Source: an uncultured Chloroflexia bacterium
GTDB taxonomy: Bacteria > Chloroflexota > Anaerolineae > Caldilineales > Caldilineaceae
Assembly: GCA_963752485.1 (NCBI GenBank)
Contig: CAVVYP010000007.1
Span: 462,993 to 526,992, forward strand
DNA length: 64,000 nucleotides
Direction of reading: 5' to 3'
Shown here: piece by piece, positions 41,741 through 52,985 of the stretch
Position numbering within the stretch: the stretch's first letter is position 1
Layout of the letters: each line of letters begins with the position of its first letter
Notes under the pieces: generated by a model
The model's database searches: none
What the model was told of the DNA's origin: nothing
The model's input: only the letters and a program-made list of their open reading frames with translations
Position numbers and translations under genes: made by a program

Positions 41741-42832
41741 GTGGAGACAGTAGCCGGCTCTGGCCGACCTGACTTTGGCCAGTTCTTCAGCCTGTCGCCT
41801 GACCTTCTCTGCTTTATCGGTCTCGACGGCTACTTCAAGGAACTCAATCCGGCCTGGGAAAAGGTTGTTGGCTTTTCACCTGCCGAATTGAAGGCATCCC
41901 CGTTGATCGACTTCATTCACCCAGACGATCGGGAACGCACACGGTCTCAAATGCAGGGAATGATCGCAGGGGCGGAAACCATCGCCTTCTCCACTCGCTT
42001 CTTGTGCCGAGACGGCTCCTTCAGATGGCTGTCATGGAACACAGCTCTGGCAGTGGATGACGAGGGCATCTATGCCATTGCCCACGATATCACCGAGCGC
42101 ATGAAGCGAGAGGATAGCCTGCGCCAAGCTCTCGCGCAGCGACGTGAACTGCTTGCGCGTCTGTATGTGGTGCGTGAGGAAGAACGTACCCAACTGGCGC
42201 GGGTCGTGCACGACGAGATGGGACAGGTTCTGACGGGTCTGAAAATGGACGTGGCGTGGCTGGAGAATCACCTTGAGCCGAAATCGGCTCCTTTGCTGGC
42301 CAAAACACAGGCCATGTCCCGCCTGATCGATACGACGATCAAAGCGGTACGCCAGATATCAATCGAACTGCGTCCGCCCATCCTGGATGACCTTGGGCTA
42401 GTCGCCGCAATCGAGTGGCAGCTTCAGGATATGCAGAAGCGAACAGGCCTTCACTGTGAACTGATCTCGGCCCAGGATGATGTCATGCTCGACGTTGACG
42501 GGCGCACGGCTGTCTTTCGTATCTTCCAGGAAATTCTTACCAACGTGAGCCGGCATGCCCACGCTTCCAATCTCAAGGTATTCCTCGAAGAAACCGAGCA
42601 GGACATGATCCTGCGCGTTCATGACAATGGACGAGGCATCAGCCAAGACGAGATCAACAGCGCCAAATCCATCGGGCTTCTGGGCATGCGAGAACGCGCC
42701 CTGCTGCGGGGTGGAGATGTTCAAATAGAGGGGGCGGCGAACCAGGGCACCACCGTGACGGTCCGCCTGCCTCTCCACTATGGGCAGACCAAAGGCCACG
42801 GTGAAGACCCTGCCTGGGAAGGACCGCCATGA
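41741..42832 (+). CDS. Cytoplasmic PAS-containing sensor histidine kinase (HisKA_3 + HATPase_c).
   Basis: PAS region, the HDEMGQVLTGLKMD HisKA_3 motif, and a HATPase G-box (DNGRGI…GLLGMRERA). Intact. Confidence 0.8.
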   Translation: METVAGSGRPDFGQFFSLSPDLLCFIGLDGYFKELNPAWEKVVGFSPAELKASPLIDFIHPDDRERTRSQMQGMIAGAETIAFSTRFLCRDGSFRWLSWNTALAVDDEGIYAIAHDITERMKREDSLRQALAQRRELLARLYVVREEERTQLARVVHDEMGQVLTGLKMDVAWLENHLEPKSAPLLAKTQAMSRLIDTTIKAVRQISIELRPPILDDLGLVAAIEWQLQDMQKRTGLHCELISAQDDVMLDVDGRTAVFRIFQEILTNVSRHAHASNLKVFLEETEQDMILRVHDNGRGISQDEINSAKSIGLLGMRERALLRGGDVQIEGAANQGTTVTVRLPLHYGQTKGHGEDPAWEGPP

Positions 42833-43461
42833 TCAGGGTGCTCATAGCCGACGACCATGCCATTGTGCGTGAGGGGCTCAAACAGATTCTGTCCGACATT
42901 CCCGATATGATGGTGGTCGACGAGGCCGTCGACGGTGAGGAGGCGCTGCGCAAGGCCCGAAGCGATACCTGGGACGTGCTCGTACTGGATCTGGGCATGC
43001 CCGGACGCAGCGGATTCGAGATTCTGGAGCATCTCAAGTGTGAGCGGCCACAACAACCTGTGCTCGTATTGAGTATGCACGCTGAGGAGATGTACGCCGT
43101 GCGCGTGTTGAAGGCTGGCGCGTCCGGATATCTGACCAAAGAAAGCACGCCCCTGGAACTGGTCAAGGCCATCCGCAAAGTGCTGAGCGGCGGCCGGTAT
43201 GTGAGCGCCTCACTGGCCGAGACACTGGCCCTGCGTCTTGATGATGCCGCTGAATTGCCGTTGCATGAATCCCTTTCGCCGCGCGAGTTTCAGGTGCTGT
43301 GCATGATGGCCAGTGGTAGGACTGTCTCCGAAATAGCCGGCGACCTCTCACTCAGTGCGAAGACGGTCAGCACCTATCGCGCCCGCATTCTCGACAAGCT
43401 GCATCTGAAGAACAGCGCCGAAGCGATTCGGTATGCGATAGACAATCAACTGGTCGATTGA
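42829..43461 (+). CDS. NarL/LuxR-family response regulator.
   Basis: MIRVLIADDHAIVREGL receiver and C-terminal LuxR HTH (LSPREFQVL…KLHLKNSAEAIRYA). Overlaps the kinase stop by 4 nt. Confidence 0.85.
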   Translation: MIRVLIADDHAIVREGLKQILSDIPDMMVVDEAVDGEEALRKARSDTWDVLVLDLGMPGRSGFEILEHLKCERPQQPVLVLSMHAEEMYAVRVLKAGASGYLTKESTPLELVKAIRKVLSGGRYVSASLAETLALRLDDAAELPLHESLSPREFQVLCMMASGRTVSEIAGDLSLSAKTVSTYRARILDKLHLKNSAEAIRYAIDNQLVD

Positions 43462-43712
43462 GTCGCAATCCCCGCCTGCAACCTGCCTTCCTTCCCCTCT
43501 CAGCCCGCCTAAGCGCTGTGTCCCCGCCGCATTCGCCCGCCTGCCGGGCACTCTTGTAGGACAAACCCTACAGCCAACCGTAATCCAATCCCACACAAAG
43601 ATAGGCGTTGCGCCGATAGATTTGGGCAACCCGGATCCGCTATGCTTGGAGCATGCAGTATTCAGGCATCAATGCCGGGCTCGGAGGTCGGATGTGTTCT
43701 CTCGCCACAATG

Positions 43713-44099
43713 ACTGTATTGATCGTTGACGGCTCGTCGATCATGCATGAACGGCTGGACGCCATGCTGACCGACCTGGACGGGGTCGAAATCCTCGGAC
43801 AAGCCCAGAACATCGCCGACGCCGTTTCGGCGGTCCGCATTCACAAGCCGGACCTCGTGATCCAGGACGTTCAGGCAGCGGATGGCAGCGGGTTGAAGGT
43901 CCTGACCGCCATCAAACAGGGAGAGCGTCCACCGTTGGTGATCGTGTTGACCAACGACGTATACCCGCCCTATCGCAAGGCGTACCTGCAGGCAGGGGCA
44001 GACTTCTTTCTGGACAAGTCCAGTGAGTTCAATCAGATACCCGGGCTGTTGCGGCGCCTATTGAGTGGACAAGCGGTTCCTGGAGATGGGGACCGATAG
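43713..44099 (+). CDS. Stand-alone CheY-like receiver-domain protein.
   Basis: MTVLIVDGSS…DLVIQDVQAADGSGL…VIVLTN receiver pattern. No output domain. Confidence 0.65.
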   Translation, partial: TVLIVDGSSIMHERLDAMLTDLDGVEILGQAQNIADAVSAVRIHKPDLVIQDVQAADGSGLKVLTAIKQGERPPLVIVLTNDVYPPYRKAYLQAGADFFLDKSSEFNQIPGLLRRLLSGQAVPGDGDR

Positions 44100-44161
44100 G
44101 CTCGTTCCGGCGCGAGCATGTAGTCATCGGGAGTATTGTCAATGTGTACGAGCAATAAAGG

Positions 44162-44641
44162 ATGGGAATGATGGACGAAGATGTGCGTGACGAACCCAGA
44201 GCATCGAACGACTCGCGTAGCACAACGCCTGTAGAGTCAGGCAAGGAGGCGACCGTGGAAAGCAAGCCGAGTATGGGACAACGGTGGAGTCAAGCACAGC
44301 CGACAAAGATGGCTACGTTCTGGCTGTGTCTCGCCTCGGTAGCGGTGGTGTTGATTGTGGGCTTCACTTGGGGAGGATGGATGACGGAGGGCGGCGCCGA
44401 GAAACAGGCCCAGGCAATGGCAAAGGACGCCGTCATCGAACGCCTGGCGCCGATCTGCGTGGCCCAGTTCAATCTGGATCCGGACAACGCCCTGAAGCTT
44501 TCTGAGTTCAATGAACTTACCTCGTCCCAACAGCCGAGGTTCGTACGCGAACAAGGCTGGGCGACCCTTTCCGGCGAGACCGAACCAGATCGGCAGGTGG
44601 CGAACGCCTGTGCCAAGTTGCTCATGGGAATAACTGAGTAG
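44162..44641 (+). CDS. Single-pass membrane protein, unknown function.
   Basis: One TM (FWLCLASVAVVLIVGFTWGGW) followed by a soluble domain. The start is ambiguous (44162, 44273 or 44309). Confidence 0.4.
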   Translation: MGMMDEDVRDEPRASNDSRSTTPVESGKEATVESKPSMGQRWSQAQPTKMATFWLCLASVAVVLIVGFTWGGWMTEGGAEKQAQAMAKDAVIERLAPICVAQFNLDPDNALKLSEFNELTSSQQPRFVREQGWATLSGETEPDRQVANACAKLLMGITE

Positions 44642-44991
44642 CGACTCGCGTTGTTCTCGGAATGGCGCGACGAATCTCATGAGGCAGGGATGGTGATGAC
44701 CGGCCTTCCCGAAAGCTGCAGGCAGCCTTCGGGAAGCCGTTGTTGCAGGAACCGCCGGAGCGGACGTCGATTGTCTATCTTCCGCCATGGCGGACTATCA
44801 GAACTCGAAAGGAGAATCAGCCGGTACCGGCTCTGATTGACAGGCATCATGGATCGATAGGCGGGTCCGACCACCCGGCCTTTACCAATGGCCATCGCGG
44901 GATCGAAGGGCCGATGGATCGGCAGTTCGCGATTCTCGCAGCCGGAGCCCGCTCCTTGCCTACCTAATGTCCTGTCAACCGACGAGTTCGA

Positions 44992-45697
44992 GTGCGCAAC
45001 CAAATGAAGCCACTACACGACTATCTCTATCGTTTTCCGCCCGAGGTTCTGCAAGTTCGGGGACGGTGTCGCGTTCGAATATACGAAGGCGGAAAAGGGG
45101 CCCACACGGTTCTGTTGACTGAACTTGCCAACAATGCCGGCGAATCGATCACCAGCGCATGTGAGCGCATTGCCACCGATCTGGCAGCAACGAAAGACCT
45201 GAATCCGAAGACGACTCGATGGATACAGCACGATCTGCCACACAGCGGACAGCCGCAAACATTCGATGAATTGCAGTTCGTCTGGACAAGCGACAACTCG
45301 GCGAGCGACCCGCAGTGGCAGCGTCTGGATGACGACCAAATTGAAGCGGCGACGGGCAACATCCCAAGTTCCCTGAGCCGGCGAATCGGGGACTTGGGAT
45401 CTCAAACCGAGGAGGGTACCGAAAGTGGCGGACCTGAAACCTAAGGAGTGGCATGAACAACACCTTGCCAGCGGTGACAAGGACAAGATCGTGCAGTATC
45501 TGTCGGATGGACAGGACACGGGCGTCACCATGATCGCGGTATCGCTTGCACGCCAATGCGATCTGTTTGTTCACTTCGAGAGATTGTGGATGATGCGCGT
45601 GGTGGACCTTGACGAGAAACTGAGCACCGAACGATACATGAAGCACATTTTTGTGAACAAGAGAACCCTATACAGGGAGCTGAACAGAACCGCATAA
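44992..45697 (+). pseudogene. Hypothetical protein with a possible C-terminal Fis-type HTH, frameshift near 45430.
   Basis: Two protein-like ORFs (44992..45444 and 45425..45697) in adjacent frames. The C-terminus KHIFVNKRTLYRELNRTA resembles HTH_8. Confidence 0.35.
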
Positions 45698-45876
45698 CCG
45701 GCAGAAGCCGAAGTCATGGCATGCCGGAAATGGCATCCACGGACCGCCCCCTCGATTGCGGCGGCTCCGTGGGAAGCCCTCGCCCTGTGTGCGCGATTTA
45801 CGTCAAGAACGAGTTGTGCGATGTGAGAAGCCAATGAAGTTGCCGTTGCCAGACTGCACCTTCACCCAAACACATG

Positions 45877-47350
45877 TCATCTCACCTCCTTCATCCTTGC
45901 GTCGCTCAACGACGCGTCCCCCGCATCCTGCCCCACGTCATACATCGTCGTCATCCAGTGGTAGAAATTGTCTCCCGCCGCTCGTAACTCCCCGTACAGC
46001 GCAGAGTACAACTCGCTCTTCACCGCTGCGTACGCGGGGTTGTCGATCTCGTTCACCAGCTCATACGGGTCCCGCACCAGGTCATATGACTCGTCGATAT
46101 CCGGCGGATTCACCACCAGCTTGTGCGTGTGCGTGCGGATCATGCGCTGCGGATACGGAAAATGATGTCCGTGGAACTCGGCCACGATATACTGCCGCCA
46201 GTCGGGTACATCCTCGCCGTGCAGCAGTGGCGCGAGGCTCCGCCCATCGAAATGCTCCGGAACCGGCGCGCCCGCCAGCTCCAGGAACGTCGCCGGCAGA
46301 TCCACCAGCGACACGAGGCGGTCGTCTACCGCCGCCTGCCGCTCCGCCAGGCAGGCCGGCGATCAAAGGCACGCGATAGGTGTCGTCGTACATCGCCGGC
46401 CCCTTGTCCTGCATCTTGTGGCTGCCCACGAACGCCCCGTGGTCCGTCGTGAAGAAGACCGCCGTCTCTTCCTCCAGCCCCAGCCGCTCCAGTTCCGCCA
46501 CCACGCGCCCCATCTGCTCATCGATCAGCGTCACATAGCCCCAGTAGATGGCGATGATCTTGCGCCACTCATCCTCCGAGAAGCTGTCGAAGGCCCAATG
46601 CCGCGAATAGTGCTCGTGCACCCGCGGCTTATTGGCGAAGGTCTCCGCCATCCCCGGCGGCAGCGTCACATCTGCCGGATCGTATAGGTCGTAGTACGCG
46701 TCGGGAAGGTAGTACGGCAGGTGCGGCCCGAACCACTGGCAGGCCAGGAAGAACGGCTTGCCCTCCTCCGCATACCGGCGCAGCATTTCAATCGTGCGCT
46801 CAGCCAGGAAATACGGATACGTCCCCTCCACCGGCCCCTCGTACCGCGCCGCCGTCACGTTCGACGGCTGCCCGTTTGGAAAGCGGCCGCGCACCGGCTC
46901 CCGCGTACGGAAAGGCGGCAACCCATTCTCCTCCAGATAGCGCACATAGTCTGCGTGCTCCACCGGCGCACACCAGCCCGGATAGTGCAGCCCGTCGAAC
47001 TCATAGAAATCCGGGCCTCGCTCCACGCCGATATGCCACTTGCCCACCGTGCCCACGTTGCAGCCTGCTTCGCGCAAGTAGCGCGAGAAAGGAATCGTCC
47101 CCGCCGGCAGCTCCGTGGGATAGCCGACATTGCGCTCGAAGTTGGCCAGCAGCTTGTGCTTGTGCGGCATCACACCCGTCAGCAGCGAACCTCGCGCCGC
47201 CGTGCAGATCGACGTCGGCGTGAACGCGCAGTCAAAGCGCACACCCCGTTCAGCCAGCCGGTCCGCGTTGGGCGTGCGACAAACCGCATTGCCATAGCAG
47301 CCCAGCGTATCCGCCCGCTGCTGGTCAGTAATGAAGAATAGGGTGTTCAT
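45877..47350 (-). pseudogene. Sulfatase (arylsulfatase family), frameshift near 46340.
   Basis: N-terminus MNTLFFITDQQRADTLGCYGN…CTAARGSLLTG carries a C-x-A-x-R FGly motif. The C-terminal domain lies in ORF 45877..46314. Confidence 0.7.
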
Positions 47351-47449
47351 TTCGGCCTCGGTGGTCCAGGTTGTACGGGGAGAGAAGAGTAGTCATGGGC
47401 ATTCGAGAGAACAGTGGCCCAGGCGCATCCGACACTGCACTCAGCCTGT

Positions 47450-47481
47450 GCGAACGGGCGATGCATGCATCGCCCGTTCGC
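47450..47481 (-). terminator. 32-bp perfect palindrome GCGAACGGGCGATGCATGCATCGCCCGTTCGC, 12 nt downstream of the DsrE-like stop. Likely intrinsic terminator and/or operator.
   Basis: Checked position by position (47450-47481). Confidence 0.4.
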
Positions 47482-47493
47482 GTGAGACACCAG

Positions 47494-47970
47494 CTAGTAG
47501 CTCAACACCGTCGCATTGTCTGCGAACAGCGCGCCTTGCGTCAACTCCGGCACGCCCATCAGCACGCCATCCAGCAGATCCCCCTTTGTCATGCCGCCCA
47601 CGTTCTGCATACAGAACGGACAGATAATCACCGTGCCGCCATCAGCCATGAACTTCTGCAGTTTCTCCTGCAGAGTGTCGCCGGTCACGTGGGTGTGCTG
47701 CGGGATCGTCGTATCGGCCAGGCGCACGCCTTCCACATTCAGGAAGATCGTCACCGGAATGCCGCGGTCCATCAGCACCTTGTGCGCGAAGGTGATCGCC
47801 ATCGCCGCCCGTCCTATGTCCGAGCTGGACAGATTGACGAACAAGCTCTCATCCGCCGCCTCAATGTTCGCCAGCACCGCCTGCACCGTCTCGGTCATGG
47901 AGACGGTTTCGGTCATTTCATCCGGCGCCTCGGCTGCCGAGTCCTTCCGCCGTCTTCGTCTCCTGTGCAA
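47494..47970 (-). CDS. DsrE/DsrF-like sulfur-relay family protein.
   Basis: Pattern similar to DsrE/TusD-fold proteins (…VTIFLNVEGVRL…VIICPFCMQ…). Confidence 0.5.
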   Translation of the reverse strand: MHRRRRRRKDSAAEAPDEMTETVSMTETVQAVLANIEAADESLFVNLSSSDIGRAAMAITFAHKVLMDRGIPVTIFLNVEGVRLADTTIPQHTHVTGDTLQEKLQKFMADGGTVIICPFCMQNVGGMTKGDLLDGVLMGVPELTQGALFADNATVLSY

Positions 47971-48122
47971 AGGCTATCACGCCCAATTGATCCGAAATCA
48001 TCACGCCCGCTAACAGCGCCAGGGCAAGCGCGATCATACCGAAGAGAGCAAACTTCTTGTTCACAAGAACCCTCCGTAGGGGTAGTTGAGGATTGTCTTC
48101 AGTTGGTCTGCCAACGGCGGCG

Positions 48123-48762
48123 TCAGTCCGACTTCTTCTCCATCTCGCCGTCGCCTTCTTCGCCTTCCTGCATGTCGCCGTCCATATCGTCTTCCATCTC
48201 ACCGTCCATCTCACCGTGGCCGGCCATCATGCTCGAATCGCCGGGCGCCACTACTTCGCCAGTCACAGCGACATCGCCCGCGTTGGCGAACTTCAGCACC
48301 ATGTCCACCGTAGCGCCCAACTCCAGCGGCGCTGCCTTCTCGATGCACATCACGTGCAGTCCGCCCTTTTTGAGCTCCACCATCTCACCCGCGGGGATCG
48401 GAATCTGTCCGCCCTCCACCGGGCGCATCACCATCACGTCCCCGTCCATCTTCATGTCGTGCAGCTCTACGACGCCACAGCCCGGGATCTCCCCGCCGAT
48501 CAAGCGCGTCGTCGGTGTCGGTCCCGTTCATGATTACCAGCCACACGGAACCCGTGTCCGTCGGCAGCGTCAGGTTGGCGCGCACGTTGGCCACCGTCAG
48601 CTCGCCCTCCACCATCTCCGGCATCTCCGCCATCGATTCGTCCATCGCCATTTCGCCGCCGGCCATATCGCCTTCAGCCATCTCTTCGGCGACCGGCATC
48701 ACACACGCCGCCAGCAGAGCGGCCAGCGCCGCCAACACAAACAGCAAGATCAACTTCCTCAT
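48123..48762 (-). pseudogene. PCu(A)C periplasmic copper chaperone lipoprotein with a Met/Asp/Glu-rich C-terminal tail. Frameshift near 48500.
   Basis: Lipobox LLAACV. H(M)…M…HxM pattern (GGLHVMCIEKAAP; MMAGHGEMDGEMEDDMDGDM). Confidence 0.6.
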
Positions 48763-49507
48763 CGGTTAGTCTCCATTCAAGGATGTTTGCAGATTTGATT
48801 CTGATCGCAGGCGCCACAATCGCCCGCCGCACAGGCCATGCGAGTACCGCCCGATGACTGGGCAGCCTGCGCATGGCTGTACGGGCGAGACAGGTCTCGC
48901 CCGGGCATGCCTCGCCGCCCGCAGTACGACAAGCGGAGCGACGCAAAGTGGTTTGATGCTAGACCATCGCGCGGGGCGGCGGCGTTGGTACGGAAAGATC
49001 CGTCGAACGAGGAGAACGACACGAAAGCGTAACCGAAAACGTCGGCGGCTGCGTCAAGGCAGCGGACCACATGCCCGTCGCCAGCAGCGGCAGCTCCGAA
49101 ATCGCCGTCGACGGCGCCGAACGACCTGCCGGGACGGCGGTCTCTGCTGCAGCGGCAGCCTGCTCATCCACGGCCAGACCGGCCAGCGGCGCAACGGACG
49201 GATCCCCGCACCACGAGTCGACGAACGCCTGGCGCACCTCCGCCTGCACCCGTGATTGCGCTGCCGCTTCCAGCGACGCGTGCATCTGTGGCGGCTGGCC
49301 GAACACGAAATGCACCGAACCGTGGGGATGGCCCGGCGTCTCCGACACGCCCCAACAAATGAACGGCAGGACAAACGCAAACAGCAACGCAAGCAGCAAT
49401 TGGGCTGCCTGTCGCCATCCGTCAATTACGGGCTTCGCGCGGTCGGAGATTTCTCATCGTTCCCGTCGATTACGATTGACGACAGCAAGTCTATCACAAA
49501 GCGCGCA

Positions 49508-49585
49508 CGTCGCCCGAATGCTACACGCTCGCCGAATGCCACGCGTTCGCCGAATGCTGACCACGCTCGCCGAATGCCACGCACA
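49508..49585. repeat. Four tandem ~19-20-bp repeats with core CGCC(C)GAATGC.
   Basis: Cores at 49511, 49530, 49548 and 49568. Intergenic, about 265 bp upstream of the FAD oxidoreductase start. Confidence 0.5.
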
Positions 49586-49847
49586 TGGGGGAATCCTTGC
49601 GAAGGTTGCGCCGGCCGCAGATTTCGGACCCAAGATGCGCGACGCCCGCGCAAGGATGGCTGTCATCCAGAGTTCTGCACAGCATGACTTGCTTCCCGCT
49701 ATATCGCAATCCTCCCCAATCTGCGAGTTGCCCGGCGCATTTCGTCTGCTGGCGCTGTTCGCCGCCGCTGTATTACACTGGCGAGGCGGGCTCCTCCCGC
49801 CGGCAGTGCGCCGGACAGACACCAACCATTGCAAAGGCAGGGATATT

Positions 49848-50971
49848 GTGGACTACGTGATCGTTGGCGGCGGGATCTATGGCTGCGCCACAGCGTGGGA
49901 ATTGGCCCGACGCGGCGCGGAAGTCGTACTCCTGGAGGCGCGAGAAATCGCCTCCGGCGCATCCGGCGGCCCGGGCAAGCGCGGTGTGCGCGCCAACGGT
50001 CGCGATCTGCGCGAGTTACCGCTTATGCGCGAAGCCTACCGCCGCTGGCCCACTCTCCACGAAGAACTGAATGCGACCACCGGCTACGAGCAGCTCGGCC
50101 ATCTCCAGCTCATCGAACGCGACCGCGACCTGGCCGGCGCGTCCGCCCGCGCCTGGATGCAAAATGAGCAGGGCATCGAGACCCGCTTGGTCGAACGAGA
50201 TGAGCTTCAGGAGATGGAGCCCTACCTTGCGGAGACGATGACCGCCGCCCTCTACTGCCCACAAGACGGCGTCGCCGACCATACCGCTACCACCCGGGCT
50301 TACGCCCAGGCCGCGCGGCGCGCCGGCGCAATCATTCGCGAAGACGCCCCCGTCCAGATGTTTGCACTGGGGAACTGACCGCGTCCAAGCTGTGATGACA
50401 CAGCACGCAGAGCTCTTCCCAGTGGGACGCCGGCTGCTGATGCTTGCCAACGCCGATATCGCCGGTTTGTTGCGGTTCACCTTCGATGTGCAGCTGCCGG
50501 TGTGGGCACGACTTCCCCAGGCGATCTTCGCCAAGCCGTCGGGACCGCAGCCCGTGCGCCATCTCATCGGCCACGCCCACCGCCGCCTCGCCATGAAGCC
50601 TGGCCCGGGCGACGACGTCATGATCTCCGGCGGCTGGCTCGGCCGTGTGGATCCCGGAAACGGGCGAGCCCGAAACCGATCCCAATCAGGTGGCGGGCAA
50701 ATTAGCGGAGGCCGTGGCTGTCTATCCCTCCTTGGCGGACGCCGCCGTCATCGTCCGCACACGCCGACCGCTGGGAAACGGAAACCGGAGACGGCATCCC
50801 TATCATTGACGCCGTCCCCGGTATGGAAAACGTGCTCTTCGCCTCCGGCTGGAGCGGCCACGGCTGGGCCATCGCACCCGCTGTCAGCGCTCTGCTGGCG
50901 GAGTGGGCCCTCAGCGGCGAGCGCCCGCCGTTGCTGGAGCCCTTCCGCTATGGCCGTTTCTTTCCGACCTG
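49848..50971 (+). pseudogene. FAD-dependent oxidoreductase (DadA/ThiO/sarcosine-oxidase-beta-like), with at least 2 frameshifts.
   Basis: VDYVIVGGGIYGCATAWELARRG dinucleotide-binding motif. C-terminus ENVLFASGWSGHGWAIAPAVSALLAEW lies in another frame. Confidence 0.65.
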
Positions 50972-51075
50972 ATTACTTGAACCCCATGCCGCGCAGGCCC
51001 AAAACCGCTGCGGAATCCGTTGCACCAGCCGAATCGGCCTCACACCTGTGCGACATCGTGCGTAAGACGTACAGT

Positions 51076-51528
51076 CTAGCAGTCGAATACCGACCAGCAG
51101 ATGTCGTTTCGGAGCCGCTGATCATCTAGGACAAGATCGCGGATCGCTTCCGGCAGCTGTTCGCGCTGCCACCGGCATTCCCGACGACCGGCGGACTCAC
51201 TGTGCCTCTTTGGCGCGGCTGCCCGTTCGGCCTTGATTGCGTAGGCCGCAGCGCCGAGCTCGTGGGCGGCAACATGCGCCACCGCCGCCGCTTGGCCCGC
51301 CGATGTACGCGCTTGAGTCATCGTAATTTCACCTCGCGCCCAAGCGCGCACCGATTCGATAGCTCGACGCGGCCGGTCGTCATTGGGGTGGATTTCCTCG
51401 AACAAGTGCAACACATGCTGCGCGCAATCGGCGGCCCGTACGGCAAGCAGGTGATGATCGGAGTCTCCGAGGGCGCCACTACGACGTATCGTGATGAACC
51501 TGAGGTCTCGCCTCTTTGGCAATATCAT
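51076..51528 (-). CDS. Hypothetical protein (150 aa).
   Basis: Intact ORF with protein-like composition. No confident family assignment. Confidence 0.35.
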   Translation of the reverse strand: MILPKRRDLRFITIRRSGALGDSDHHLLAVRAADCAQHVLHLFEEIHPNDDRPRRAIESVRAWARGEITMTQARTSAGQAAAVAHVAAHELGAAAYAIKAERAAAPKRHSESAGRRECRWQREQLPEAIRDLVLDDQRLRNDICWSVFDC

Positions 51529-51807
51529 TCGTTAGATCCTACGCTGAACCCTCTGGGTCCCTTCTGCTAAACATATACTGGGCCGAAGCCAAATCCGCAT
51601 GCCTCTGACTATCGCCGTTTTCTTCTCCATGTCATAAAGTAGTCTGATCGCTAAATGGATAAACACCTTTTCTACTTTATTTCGAGCATCCACCCTACCG
51701 CACGCAACCCACGACATCAATCAGCAGACCGAAACAAATCAGTGAAGATCAGCTACATCAGATGCGCCGTGTACAGCGCGGTGCATCAGCGTCCCGTTCA
51801 CCACCCA

Positions 51808-52908
51808 TCACCCGATCTCGATCATCCGCTCCACCGCCAGCGCCGCTCGCTCCCGAATATCCTCCGGGATCGAAATCTGATACTGCTCCTTGCGCAGCGA
51901 CTCCAGCGTATCCTCCAGCGTGATCTGGTTCATGTGCGGGCAGCGCACCATGCACAGCCGCAGCATCTCCTTGTCCGGGTTCGCCGCAGCCACGTTGTCG
52001 CCCATGCTGCACTCGGTCAGCAGCAGGTACTGCGGCTTGTCCGTCTCCTCCACAAACTTGATCAGCCCCGTCGTGCTGCCGGAATAGTCCGACGCCGCCA
52101 CCACCTCCGGGCTGCACTCCGGATGCGCCAGGATCGCCACCTCCGGGAACTGCGCGCGCACGGTCTCGATGTCCTCCACCGTGAACTGCTCGTGCACCTC
52201 ACAGCGCCCGTGCCAGCCGATCATCTCGAAGTCGCCGTTGACGCCGCCCAGCTCAATGTTGGACATGCGCGACGGGATGATGATGCGCTTGCCCGTCTCG
52301 TTCGCCACGTTCTTGGCCAGATACTCGTCGGGCAGGAAGATGATCGTGTCCGAATCGAACGAGTTCACCACCTCGACCGCGTTGCCCGACGTGCAGCAGA
52401 TGTCGCTCTCCGCCTTCACGTCCGCGTACGTGTTGACATACGTCACCACCGGCACGCCCGGATACCGCGCCTTGAGCTGTCGTACATCCTCCGCCGTGAT
52501 GCTGGCCGCCAGCGAGCAGCCCGCCTTGTCCGACGGGATCAGCACCATCTTCTCCGGGTTGAGCAACTTGGCCGTCTCGGCCATGAACTCCACACCGCAG
52601 AAGACAATGATGTCCTTGTCCGTCTCCGCGGCCATGCGGCTCAGATAGAGCGAGTCGCCCACGATGTCGGGCACCGACTTGAACAGCGCCGGCTCCATGT
52701 AGTTGTGGCCCAGGATGACGGCGTTCTTCTCCTCCTTCAGGCGGTTGATCTCATACGCCAGCTCGGCCTTGATGCGCAGCTCCACATCCGGCACCACGTC
52801 GCCGAGCGCCTTTTTCATTTCTTCATAGGTCTCTTGGACCGTATCAGCATAAATCGCCACAACATACCCCGATTTCTCTATACCCCCTGCCGGGAGCGCA
52901 TGTCCCAA
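51808..52908 (-). CDS. nadA: Quinolinate synthase NadA.
   Basis: AVILGHNYM, CGVEFMAETAKLLNPEKMVLIP and the three conserved Cys regions. Intact, 366 aa. Confidence 0.85.
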   Translation of the reverse strand: MGHALPAGGIEKSGYVVAIYADTVQETYEEMKKALGDVVPDVELRIKAELAYEINRLKEEKNAVILGHNYMEPALFKSVPDIVGDSLYLSRMAAETDKDIIVFCGVEFMAETAKLLNPEKMVLIPSDKAGCSLAASITAEDVRQLKARYPGVPVVTYVNTYADVKAESDICCTSGNAVEVVNSFDSDTIIFLPDEYLAKNVANETGKRIIIPSRMSNIELGGVNGDFEMIGWHGRCEVHEQFTVEDIETVRAQFPEVAILAHPECSPEVVAASDYSGSTTGLIKFVEETDKPQYLLLTECSMGDNVAAANPDKEMLRLCMVRCPHMNQITLEDTLESLRKEQYQISIPEDIRERAALAVERMIEIG

Positions 52909-52985
52909 AGTTGCGTATACACGTTGCCATCGTCAGTTCACCACAGGCCGCAGCCCAAGTCGGTGAGTCGGCATGCAATCGCCGC

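Noticed and set aside
51560-51730. Lower-GC stretch suggestive of a horizontally acquired boundary
   Set aside because: It is only about 170 bp. It is explained as the convergent terminator/promoter region between nadA and the hypothetical gene. There are no flanking repeats or integrase.
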